Shown here one piece after another: positions 1-6,215 of a stretch of 6,597 nt of DNA. Under the pieces are notes generated by a model. That model made no database searches, was not told the DNA's origin, and worked only from the letters and a program-made list of their open reading frames with translations. The DNA lies in the IMG/VR virus record IMGVR_UViG_2740892442_000003, one strand, 5' to 3'. This stretch comes from a virus (taxonomy: Duplodnaviria; Heunggongvirae; Uroviricota; Caudoviricetes). The first letter of the stretch is position 1; each line of letters begins with the position of its first letter. The position numbers and the translations under genes are program-made.

Positions 1-310
1 ATTCGATAACGGCGGCAACGGTCGATTTCGCAAGAATATCCCGCCCAACTTTTGTCAGGGTTGCCAGACTGGCAACATCATTCCCCGTAAAATACGGAAA
101 CCTGTCTGCCGCAGTAGCAAGCCCGGCCAGCGCCGTCAGGGTGGCATCTTTCGGTTGCTTACCCGCAAGCGCGCTAGTCATGGTGGTCGCAAAATTCGGG
201 TCGTTGCCCAACGCCGCAGCCAGCTCGTTCAGCGTATTCAGTGCGTCAGGCGACGAGTCCACGAGGCAGCGATCGCAGCCATAACATAAGCCGTGCTTGC
301 GATTTGGGTA
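1..310 (-). pseudogene. Tail-fibre gene fragment (conserved lambda Stf / P2 H-type segment), 5-prime truncated, continues past window start
   Basis: Minus-strand frame open from 310 to the window edge translates ...LVDSSPDALNTLNELAAALGNDPNFATTMTSALAGKQPKDATLTALAGLATAADRFPYFTGNDVASLATLTKVGRDILAKSTVAAVIE, which I recognise as the conserved segment shared by enterobacterial phage tail fibres. No ATG or RBS; recognisable similarity starts near 273-280. Confidence 0.7.
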
Positions 311-880
311 TTATTCGTTCCCTGTCGCGCAGTTGGTGTTGTTGGCGTTCCGGTCAGAAGATGCGATTTTCACCACCGGTTTCCGGTTGCCGGACGCGGC
401 AGAAAACGGGCGGTCGTAAGATTTAATGGTCCGGATGGTGCATTCCGCATTCGCGGGCACGGTGACGGCAGACACCTCCATCAGTTCCCAGCGCAGAAAA
501 TGCAGTCCGCCTCCGTCCAGAAAGGTGTATTCATGGGGACGGAAGCCCACGGACAGCCCCCTGACCAGCCCGGTCTTAATGGCCGCCCAGACCTCATCCA
601 GCCGGGCAGCCAGTTGCGACGGCATATCCGGTACGGGCTTCACCAGTGTTGCCGTGATTTCCAGCCCTTCGCTGACCCGGCGCACCGTACACTGCCCCAC
701 CGGGCGGGAATGGTCATGCTGCCAGAGAAACGGGATCGCACTGCCAAACTCCGCGCCCTCCGGCTCCAGGATGTCACCATCCCGATCCGGAGAAGGCGTT
801 GACGCAATCCCGGTGATCACCCGTTCATCCTCACTGAAGGATTTCACCGTCAGCAGGGAACAGGCCCGTTTAAGAGTCAC
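311..880 (-). CDS. Prohead (capsid maturation) serine protease, HK97 family (peptidase S78/U35)
   Basis: 189-aa ORF with GTG start and AGGAGG 5 nt upstream. Family motifs present: GIASTPSPDRDGDILEPEGAEF, LWQHD, GLSVGF, LMEVSAVTVPANAEC. Confidence 0.8.
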   Translation of the reverse strand: MTLKRACSLLTVKSFSEDERVITGIASTPSPDRDGDILEPEGAEFGSAIPFLWQHDHSRPVGQCTVRRVSEGLEITATLVKPVPDMPSQLAARLDEVWAAIKTGLVRGLSVGFRPHEYTFLDGGGLHFLRWELMEVSAVTVPANAECTIRTIKSYDRPFSAASGNRKPVVKIASSDRNANNTNCATGNE

Positions 881-891
881 ATCAGCCTCCT

Positions 892-918
892 GAAAATAAA
901 AAAACCGCCGGAGCGGTT
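892..918 (-). terminator. Putative intrinsic terminator between TerL and the protease gene (minus-strand transcript)
   Basis: Minus-strand RNA would form AACCGC-UCCG-GCGGUU (6-bp stem, 4-nt loop) followed by UUUUUUUAUUUU. No T-tract in the plus orientation. Confidence 0.55.
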
Positions 919-943
919 CGTGATGGTTACAGTGTGAACAGGG

Positions 944-2605
944 TTATATGAAAAAAACCGCATATTCTTTCTTTTTCGGTTCCGGGTTAAGGGACATCAG
1001 GGAGACCGCATTGAACAGCGCCATCAGCGGGTCAATTTTTCCCCGTCCACTGGCCTGTTTGGTGATAAGAATGGCGTTACCTTTAGGCTCCACCCGGGCA
1101 TTGCCGACACACCAGGCCATCAGGGGCTGGTCACCATGCACCAGCACCCCTTCAGCCAGTTTGCGCTCGGTGGTTTTAATGGCCCCGCCCAGTTTCCAGC
1201 CCTGGCTTATCCCCACCACAATTCCGTCGGGGATCCCGGCTTCCGCCAGTGAATCCAGAATCTGCCCCACCCCTGACGGGTCAATACCGATATGGTCCAG
1301 TAACTCAGCCTCATGAATGCGACGCACATATTCCGCCACTTCCGCCGTGTCATCCCCGACACGCCGGACAATGGTCATATCTCCACAGGCAACAAGATCC
1401 TGAAACCGGGACGCCTCGCTCTTCCGTCGGACCACCGCGGTTTCATGCGCCCAGGCATGGCCCCAGCCCAGCCATTCGCGGGTCTCCCGGTCACGCCCAA
1501 TCACATACATCCCCAGCAGATCATCCAGCCCTCCGCCGTCAATCCCCACCGTCACCACATCAGCACGACGCAGGATATCGTCCAGGCTGATACAACGGCC
1601 CTGCTCTTCCCAGAAATCAGCCCCCGCCCAGCGGTCAGAGCGCAGGGCAAGACCAATTTCCACATTGGCGTGTTTTGACATGAACCCCCGGAATGTCTCT
1701 TCACCGGCTTCCCGGGCTTTACGGTACTCCCGGTACAGAAAGGCCTCATCCACTGAATAGCCGAGATTCGGATTGACCATGGCGAGGTTTTCCATCAGCA
1801 GGTTAGCCCCGCTTTCCACCATTTCAGGAGGGTGTTCAAATATCACCGGCAGAAAGTGCGGATCATGAATTTTGCCGTCGCGCACATCCCGGGCGTACTG
1901 CAGTTTCTGTCTGAACACCCCGGCGGGCGGTTCATTCGACTGGGTGGTCGTATACACCACAAACCCTTCCGGGCGGGAGGCAAGGCCGCCTATGGCTTCA
2001 CGTAACATGTCCTCCGCCTTGCACTGCTTGCCAAACAGCCACAACTCATCAATCAGCGTACCCACGGACTTGATACCGGACACCGTATTCGGATCGGCTG
2101 CCACCACCTTCAGGGTGGTGTCCGTCACTCGGTGGGTGATGGTCCGGATATGGGTCTGTACCTGGCAGAGGTCATCCAGATCATCGTCACGTCGTACCAT
2201 ATCCCGGGCAGGGTTGAAGGCGTTGGCCGCCACCTCCACAGTCGGGGCCAGAATCGTGTAACCCGCCGCCTGCCGCCAGTTCAGTAACAGTGCAGTCATC
2301 ATGATCCCCGCGGCCAGCGTGGACTTCGAGTTTTTCTTGGGGATAAGGATAAAAACTTCCTTGATATGGCGTACACCGGTCTGCGCATCGTAGGAGCCAA
2401 ACAGGGCCGCCACCAGGTCAAACACCCACGGTGCACAGGACTCCCCGAACGTAGGGCTACCAGGTGCATCCACAATCCGCAGTTGTTTAAAAATCGCCAG
2501 GGCATGTGCGGCCTCGTCCGGATAAATCGGATCCGGAATAATCGACAGCCCCTTTTTCAGGCGCTCTGCCCAGTCCGGGCAGGCTGTGCTCCATACAGGT
2601 ATCAT
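944..2605 (-). CDS. Terminase large subunit (HK97 gp2-type, Terminase_1 family)
   Basis: 553-aa ORF with terminase-like ATPase and nuclease regions (VGIDGGG..., DQPLMAWCVGNA..., KIDPLMALFNAVSLM). Start ATG overlaps the TerS stop as ATGA. Confidence 0.9.
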   Translation of the reverse strand: MIPVWSTACPDWAERLKKGLSIIPDPIYPDEAAHALAIFKQLRIVDAPGSPTFGESCAPWVFDLVAALFGSYDAQTGVRHIKEVFILIPKKNSKSTLAAGIMMTALLLNWRQAAGYTILAPTVEVAANAFNPARDMVRRDDDLDDLCQVQTHIRTITHRVTDTTLKVVAADPNTVSGIKSVGTLIDELWLFGKQCKAEDMLREAIGGLASRPEGFVVYTTTQSNEPPAGVFRQKLQYARDVRDGKIHDPHFLPVIFEHPPEMVESGANLLMENLAMVNPNLGYSVDEAFLYREYRKAREAGEETFRGFMSKHANVEIGLALRSDRWAGADFWEEQGRCISLDDILRRADVVTVGIDGGGLDDLLGMYVIGRDRETREWLGWGHAWAHETAVVRRKSEASRFQDLVACGDMTIVRRVGDDTAEVAEYVRRIHEAELLDHIGIDPSGVGQILDSLAEAGIPDGIVVGISQGWKLGGAIKTTERKLAEGVLVHGDQPLMAWCVGNARVEPKGNAILITKQASGRGKIDPLMALFNAVSLMSLNPEPKKKEYAVFFI

Positions 2606-3231
2606 CCGTTGCCCTCATTATCGTTATTCACCACCAGTCGGGGGGGCGGTGGCACCGCAAAACGGTTAGCCGCTTTTTTCGCGGCATCACCTTTTGCCGA
2701 TTTTTTCCCGGTATCCCCTTTTTTATGGTGCGTGAACTGCGCCAGACGCCAGGCCGCATCCAGTGCCAGTTTCGGATCAATGCAGAGGTTTTCCACCAGG
2801 ATCCGCCCCATGGCTTTCACCGGATCGGGAAGACCATCCTCCATATATTCAATACCAGGAGACATCACCGCGGACGGTGGCATCTCCAGATTGTTTTCGT
2901 CCGGCTGTGGTATTGCAGCCGCCTCACGGCGACGGGGTTTATCCTCCTGCTCTGATTTTTTCTGCCGGTAAACAGGAACCTCATCCACCTCCACCGTCTC
3001 GCATTGTTTACGGGCTATAAACGCAAGCACCTCAGGATCTTTTGCCAGCTGCGAGCCTTTAACCCTGGCGGTCTTCGCCGAATAACCGGCGGCAATGGCT
3101 GACGCTGTTTTGTTTTTCCCGGACATGAGCGCCAGCGCAAATTTTCGTTTTTGCGTTGTCAGCACAGCCTCCTCCCGGGTCCAGAACGCACTCAGCCGGG
3201 TATGGTTCAGCCATTTTTCCCGGCGTCTCAT
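2602..3231 (-). CDS. Terminase small subunit (P27 / Terminase_2 type)
   Basis: 209-aa ORF; N-terminal LTTQKRKFALALMSGKNKTASAIAAGYSAKTARVKGSQLAKDPEV matches the helix-turn-helix region typical of P27-family small terminases. Sits directly upstream of, and coupled to, TerL. Confidence 0.8.
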   Translation of the reverse strand: MRRREKWLNHTRLSAFWTREEAVLTTQKRKFALALMSGKNKTASAIAAGYSAKTARVKGSQLAKDPEVLAFIARKQCETVEVDEVPVYRQKKSEQEDKPRRREAAAIPQPDENNLEMPPSAVMSPGIEYMEDGLPDPVKAMGRILVENLCIDPKLALDAAWRLAQFTHHKKGDTGKKSAKGDAAKKAANRFAVPPPPRLVVNNDNEGNG

Positions 3232-3238
3232 GCCGCAA

Positions 3239-3362
3239 ATGTTAACTGCTGCCTGGTTAACATTTGCTGAAAAAGCCTGTTAACATTTTTTCCGCACAAC
3301 AAACTGAATAATAAAGATAAAAACCGCAAAAATGCCCGGGCAGCCAGTTAACATGTTAACTG
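3239..3362. promoter_or_regulatory. Cluster of five GTTAAC-core 10-bp repeats (CAGTTAACAT / ATGTTAACTG), candidate cosB-like terminase binding sites
   Basis: GTTAAC at 3241, 3256, 3279, 3347 and 3355. 3239-3263 is an inverted repeat with a 9-bp spacer; 3345-3362 (CAGTTAACATGTTAACTG) is a perfect 18-bp palindrome. Lies between HNH and TerS, where the cos site sits in HK97-like phages. Confidence 0.4.
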
Positions 3363-3454
3363 CCCTGAAACGGGAATTTTTTCTCTGCGTGAGAGGGGGC
3401 GCGGTGTCCAAAGCGATCGTTTTTTACGCCGGATGATACCCCCCCCGGGTTGGG

Positions 3455-3820
3455 TTACAGTCCGATGATGTCGTCCTCTCTGCCACTACCTCCGGACACC
3501 TCCGGCAGCGTCGGGTCCGGCATACCACTCGCCGCTTCACGAGCAGACTTTTGTCGATGGCATTCGGTACAGAGCGTCCAGAGATTCGTCTCCTCATTAC
3601 CACCACCGAACTGAAGTGCAATTCGGTGATCGAGTTCACTGTCACAGAGGTCAACCACACGACCACAGAGACGGCACTGCCCGGCGTCCCTGAGCCAGAT
3701 ATGACGCTTGAGGGAAACACGTGCACTGCCACTGACACGACGCTGTTCACCCTTCAGAATATTCACCCGTCGGGTATTCAGTGTTTTGATTCTGCTCTGG
3801 AGTGTACGAAGCTCAGCCAT
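3455..3820 (-). CDS. HNH endonuclease (terminase-associated)
   Basis: 121-aa ORF with Cys/His HNH motif CRLCGRVVD...ELDHRIALQFGGGNEETNLWTLCTECHRQK. GGGGA RBS 6 nt upstream of the ATG. Position upstream of TerS is typical of cos-packaging HK97-like phages. Confidence 0.85.
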   Translation of the reverse strand: MAELRTLQSRIKTLNTRRVNILKGEQRRVSGSARVSLKRHIWLRDAGQCRLCGRVVDLCDSELDHRIALQFGGGNEETNLWTLCTECHRQKSAREAASGMPDPTLPEVSGGSGREDDIIGL

Positions 3821-3861
3821 GTAAAATCCCCGTCATATGGCAATCAGTAAAGGAAATAAAT

Positions 3862-4062
3862 ATGTCATCGAAAAACCGTACCCGCAGAACCACAACCCGC
3901 AATATCCGTTTCCCCAATCACATAATTGAACAGATCAACATCGCCCTTGAGCATAAAGGGTCCGGTAACTTTTCAGCGTGGGTTATTGAAGCCTGCAGGA
4001 GAAGGCTGGCAACAGATGCAACGCATCTGCGCCCGGCCAGCATGACAAATAACGAGAAATGA
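3862..4062 (+). CDS. Small ribbon-helix-helix-like protein (YlcI/YnfO-type prophage ORF, DUF3950-like; family assignment from memory)
   Basis: 66-aa ORF from the internal ATG at 3862 with AAGGA RBS (track ORF begins further upstream at a GTG). MSSKNRTRRTTTRNIRFPNHIIEQINIALEHKGSGNFSAWVIEACRRRL has a strand-helix-helix pattern. Divergent from HNH across a 41-bp spacer. Confidence 0.65.
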   Translation: MSSKNRTRRTTTRNIRFPNHIIEQINIALEHKGSGNFSAWVIEACRRRLATDATHLRPASMTNNEK

Positions 4063-4260
4063 ACGTTCGGTTTCTTCCACCATCGCACCGGACAGGCGAC
4101 TATGAGGGGACAACGCCGCGCTCCGTTAACGCGGTAAACCCCGGTGTGTATCGTTTTTGATTATCCCCGCACACTCGCGCAGAGGAGTCTCCCTGTCGGG
4201 CTGCGGTCTCTGTTAATGCAGGAATACGGCGACAATACCGCGCATGGATAATAAGGTCGC

Positions 4261-4485
4261 TCAACACACTGGCTGTAATGCAGCGGATACCATGCGGCAT
4301 TTAGCGGCATTCATCGTACACTCCACGGTTAGCTCTTCATTCGTGGCATTCACCTGAAAGGTCCGGGAGTGTAATTGCGTACATTTACCACTGAACGAAC
4401 CTTCAACAAGAACACGACCACGCTGCAAAATACGGAACGGAATTGTTCCCTGAAAAGGTTCTACGGTTACCCGTAATTTCTTCAT
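4261..4485 (-). CDS. Hypothetical 74-aa protein translationally coupled to Rz
   Basis: ATG overlaps the Rz stop as ATGA; GGAGGA RBS 3 nt upstream. Four Cys, no signal peptide or transmembrane segment. No family recognised. Confidence 0.5.
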   Translation of the reverse strand: MKKLRVTVEPFQGTIPFRILQRGRVLVEGSFSGKCTQLHSRTFQVNATNEELTVECTMNAAKCRMVSAALQPVC

Positions 4486-4976
4486 GTATCCTCCGGATAA
4501 TAAAAAGCCAGCTTAGTGCACTGAGTGCGGATATATTCCTGCGCCCCTTCCAGCTGCTTCTGCATTGTCATCAACCGTTCTCTGAGGATGAAATAATCCC
4601 GTTCAGCGGTGTCTGCCAGTCGGGGGCCGGTTGCATTATCCACGCTGGAGGTGCCGGTGGCTTCACGCACGGTACCGGGGCAGGTGGCGTTGACCCGCAG
4701 GCGCTTACGACCAGCGGCAACATCAGCGCGCAGAGTTTCATTTTCAGCTCTCGCATCGGCTAATTCCTTCGTGTATCTGGCATCAAGCGCAGCGACATCT
4801 CGCTGGCGCTGCTGCATGTCAGTAATAGTGGCATTCGCCAGTTTCAGCTCACTGACTTTTTTATCGCGCTGCGCTTTGTAGGTGATGGCGTTATCGCGGT
4901 AATGATTCAGCCCCAGACTAAGCACACCACAGGCTACCAGCAGGACAATAATCACCACACACAGAACACGGTTCAT
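4482..4976 (-). CDS. Rz: Rz i-spanin (inner-membrane spanin subunit)
   Basis: 164 aa from ATG at 4976; N-terminal transmembrane segment [20 protein letters not shown] followed by [17 protein letters not shown]...[20 protein letters not shown], closely resembling lambda Rz. The track ORF's upstream GTG extension is rejected. Confidence 0.9.
   Translation of the reverse strand: MNRVLCVVIIVLLVACGVLSLGLNHYRDNAITYKAQRDKKVSELKLANATITDMQQRQRDVAALDARYTKELADARAENETLRADVAAGRKRLRVNATCPGTVREATGTSSVDNATGPRLADTAERDYFILRERLMTMQKQLEGAQEYIRTQCTKLAFYYPEDT
4571..4756 (-). CDS. Rz1: Rz1 o-spanin lipoprotein, embedded in the +1 frame of Rz
   Basis: 61-aa ORF wholly inside Rz; lipobox LVVSAC then proline-rich [26 protein letters not shown], closely resembling lambda Rz1. 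Confidence 0.85.
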   Translation of the reverse strand: MRELKMKLCALMLPLVVSACGSTPPAPVPCVKPPAPPAWIMQPAPDWQTPLNGIISSSENG

Positions 4977-4977
4977 A

Positions 4978-5064
4978 TCACCACCAACGGATTGCCCAGA
5001 CCAGAACAGCAATGGCCACAATACGAATGGCAAATGCCATTGCCCGAATAAGTTCAGCACTCAT
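4978..5064 (-). CDS. Small hydrophobic peptide D (28 aa, single predicted transmembrane helix)
   Basis: [28 protein letters not shown]. Its TGA stop lies 1 nt before the Rz ATG. Paralogous to the core of peptide C. Confidence 0.4.
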   Translation of the reverse strand: MSAELIRAMAFAIRIVAIAVLVWAIRWW

Positions 5065-5075
5065 CTTTTTAAAGT

Positions 5076-5198
5076 TCACGATTTCAGCGCAATGACCAGT
5101 TTTGCCAGCCCATACAGCATCGGAGACACAGCAATACCAACAGCCACCCACTTAATAGCAAAAGCCAGCGCTCTGCTGATGTCATCAGTCACTGTCAC
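5076..5198 (-). CDS. Small hydrophobic peptide C (about 40 aa, single predicted transmembrane helix)
   Basis: GTG start overlapping the stop of peptide B (GTGA); (M)TVTDDISRALAFAIKWVAVGIAVSPMLYGLAKLVIALKS. Start codon uncertain. Confidence 0.4.
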   Translation of the reverse strand: MTVTDDISRALAFAIKWVAVGIAVSPMLYGLAKLVIALKS

Positions 5199-5326
5199 CC
5201 CAGCAGCCCCGACGAAGACAACATCACCCAGGCGAGGGACAGAAAAAGAGCAACCAGCATTAGTGAAAATGAAATACCGACAATCACACACAGGACCTTT
5301 GCCGGCGTTATGAGTTTGTCTGACAT
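5195..5326 (-). CDS. Small hydrophobic peptide B (43 aa, single predicted transmembrane helix)
   Basis: ATG with AAGGGG RBS 5 nt upstream; MSDKLITPAKVLCVIVGISFSLMLVALFLSLAWVMLSSSGLLG. Starts 2 nt after the stop of peptide A. Confidence 0.45.
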   Translation of the reverse strand: MSDKLITPAKVLCVIVGISFSLMLVALFLSLAWVMLSSSGLLG

Positions 5327-5328
5327 AG

Positions 5329-5424
5329 CTACCCCTTAATTGCCACAATTAACTGGGATACTACCCATAAAAAAGGGATGCTCCAGACCAGCAAAAATTT
5401 CCAGTTTGGTAATTGACTAATCAT
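5329..5424 (-). CDS. Small hydrophobic peptide A (31 aa, single predicted transmembrane helix)
   Basis: ATG at 5424 with AGGGAG RBS 9 nt upstream; MISQLPNWKFLLVWSIPFLWVVSQLIVAIKG. The longer GTG-started track ORF (to 5541) would read through the terminator hairpin and is rejected. Confidence 0.4.
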   Translation of the reverse strand: MISQLPNWKFLLVWSIPFLWVVSQLIVAIKG

Positions 5425-5495
5425 GAGTCGCAACTCCCTAATCAGTTTGCTAAAATCAATCAAGGCAGCCTCCCATAGCTTACTGCCATAAAAAC

Positions 5496-5535
5496 AAAAC
5501 CCCGCTTGCTGCCAACAAACGGGGTTTTTACTTTT
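5496..5535 (-). terminator. Strong hairpin with U-tracts on both sides (intrinsic terminator, stronger in the minus orientation)
   Basis: Arms 5496-5508 and 5516-5528 form a 13-bp stem with a 7-nt loop. In the minus-strand RNA there is one G-U wobble and a UUUUGUUUUUAU tail; in the plus orientation one C-A mismatch and a UUUUUACUUUUAUU tail. Lies 90 nt downstream of the endolysin stop. Confidence 0.6.
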
Positions 5536-5618
5536 ATTCACTTACATTTTGCCAGTTCGCAGGATTTCGTGTTATCCATCCGCCTTGGCCAACGTCATTT
5601 ATTAGCAAAATATTCTGC

Positions 5619-6152
5619 TTATCTGTCGATTCCCCAGCACGCCAGCGCGCTCTCCTGGTCACGACGGGATACCTGACCGTAACAGTTATTTGAGCGAATA
5701 CGGCAGTCCCTGCCACCGTCCTTAATCCACCAGCGAATCGCCTCACACGCTCCCCTGCGATCACCTGCATTAATTCGTTTATAAAACGTCGACGGAAAAC
5801 ACTTACCGGGGCCAATGTTGTACGGACAGAATGACGCGATCCCCGCTTTCTGGGGTTCACTCAATGGCACTCTGATGTTTTTCTCCACCCATGCCAGCGC
5901 CTTATCACGCTCAATGGCGTTAACCCGGTCGCATTTTTCCTTCGACAACTTCATGCCAGGAACGACAGGTTTGCCATCCACCAGGATGGCACCGCGGCAG
6001 ATGGTCCAGATACCCGCGCCATCACGGTATGCCGTGGTGTGGTTACCTTCCTTTTCATCCAGAAACTGGTCGAGAATGTCAGGCGCAGGCGCACCAGCGG
6101 CAATCAGCGCCAGAACGGCAGCCGACAGGCCGTATTTGATTTTGGTGTTCAT
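5619..6152 (-). CDS. R: SAR endolysin (phage lysozyme, T4-lysozyme-like glycoside hydrolase with N-terminal signal-anchor-release domain)
   Basis: 177-aa ORF. Weakly hydrophobic Gly/Ala-rich N-terminus YGLSAAVLALIAAGAPAP, then catalytic E-x8-D-x5-T in EGNHTTAYRDGAGIWT. Resembles lysozymes of lambdoid prophages (recalled, not searched). Confidence 0.9.
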   Translation of the reverse strand: MNTKIKYGLSAAVLALIAAGAPAPDILDQFLDEKEGNHTTAYRDGAGIWTICRGAILVDGKPVVPGMKLSKEKCDRVNAIERDKALAWVEKNIRVPLSEPQKAGIASFCPYNIGPGKCFPSTFYKRINAGDRRGACEAIRWWIKDGGRDCRIRSNNCYGQVSRRDQESALACWGIDR

Positions 6153-6215
6153 GGATATTTATCAGGATTTATCGGTTTCTGCCCACGGACAGGTTTATCT
6201 GTTCCGGTCAGTGAC

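Noticed and set aside
293-893. Plus-strand ORFs 293..802 and 426..893 (169 and 155 aa)
   Set aside because: Antisense to the prohead protease gene; Arg/Pro/Ser-rich low-complexity translations, no RBS, no recognisable motifs.
948-2505. Track ORFs inside the TerL region (948..1316+, 1249..1590+, 1313..1678+, 1552..1749-, 1872..2261+, 2299..2505-)
   Set aside because: All are antisense to or out of frame with the 553-aa terminase large subunit ORF, which has clear family motifs; their translations are biased junk.
2366-3283. Plus-strand ORFs 2366..2971, 2725..2955, 2763..3020 and 3095..3283
   Set aside because: Antisense to TerL/TerS coding sequence; no RBS or recognisable domains.
3239-3362. 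Possibility that the GTTAAC repeats are a CRISPR array or transposon inverted repeats
   Set aside because: Repeat units are only 10 bp with irregular spacing, and there are no spacers, cas genes or transposase; a protein-binding site cluster is the better fit.
3424-3850. ORFs 3424..3750 (-) and 3551..3850 (+)
   Set aside because: Alternative frame of, or antisense to, the HNH endonuclease gene, whose frame carries the HNH motif and a proper RBS.
3802-3861. GTG-started N-terminal extension of the small plus-strand gene
   Set aside because: The internal ATG at 3862 has a well-spaced AAGGA RBS; the upstream extension has none and would overlap the HNH start.
4100-4300. Minus-strand 66-aa ORF
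   Set aside because: Overlaps the 3-prime end of the better-supported 74-aa ORF in another frame; no RBS, Arg-rich.
4443-4881. Plus-strand ORFs 4443..4763 and 4609..4881; also a search for a bor-like lipoprotein gene opposite Rz
   Set aside because: Both are antisense to Rz/Rz1 with no support. No Bor-like signal peptide plus lipobox ORF was found on either strand next to Rz.
4977-5060. GTG-started upstream extension of Rz ([28 protein letters not shown]...)
   Set aside because: Trp/Leu/Phe-rich composition typical of an out-of-frame read; the ATG at 4976 reproduces the lambda Rz N-terminus, and the extension overlaps peptide D, which is in a different and more plausible frame.
5092-5313. 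Plus-strand 73-aa ORF antisense to the small-peptide array
   Set aside because: No RBS; Thr/Ser/Pro/Ala-rich translation as expected for the antisense of hydrophobic coding sequence.
5425-5541. Upstream portions of track ORFs 5329..5541 (GTG) and 5076..5348 (TTG)
   Set aside because: The first would translate straight through the terminator hairpin; the second spans two other peptide frames. Both were trimmed to internal starts with RBS or coupling signals.
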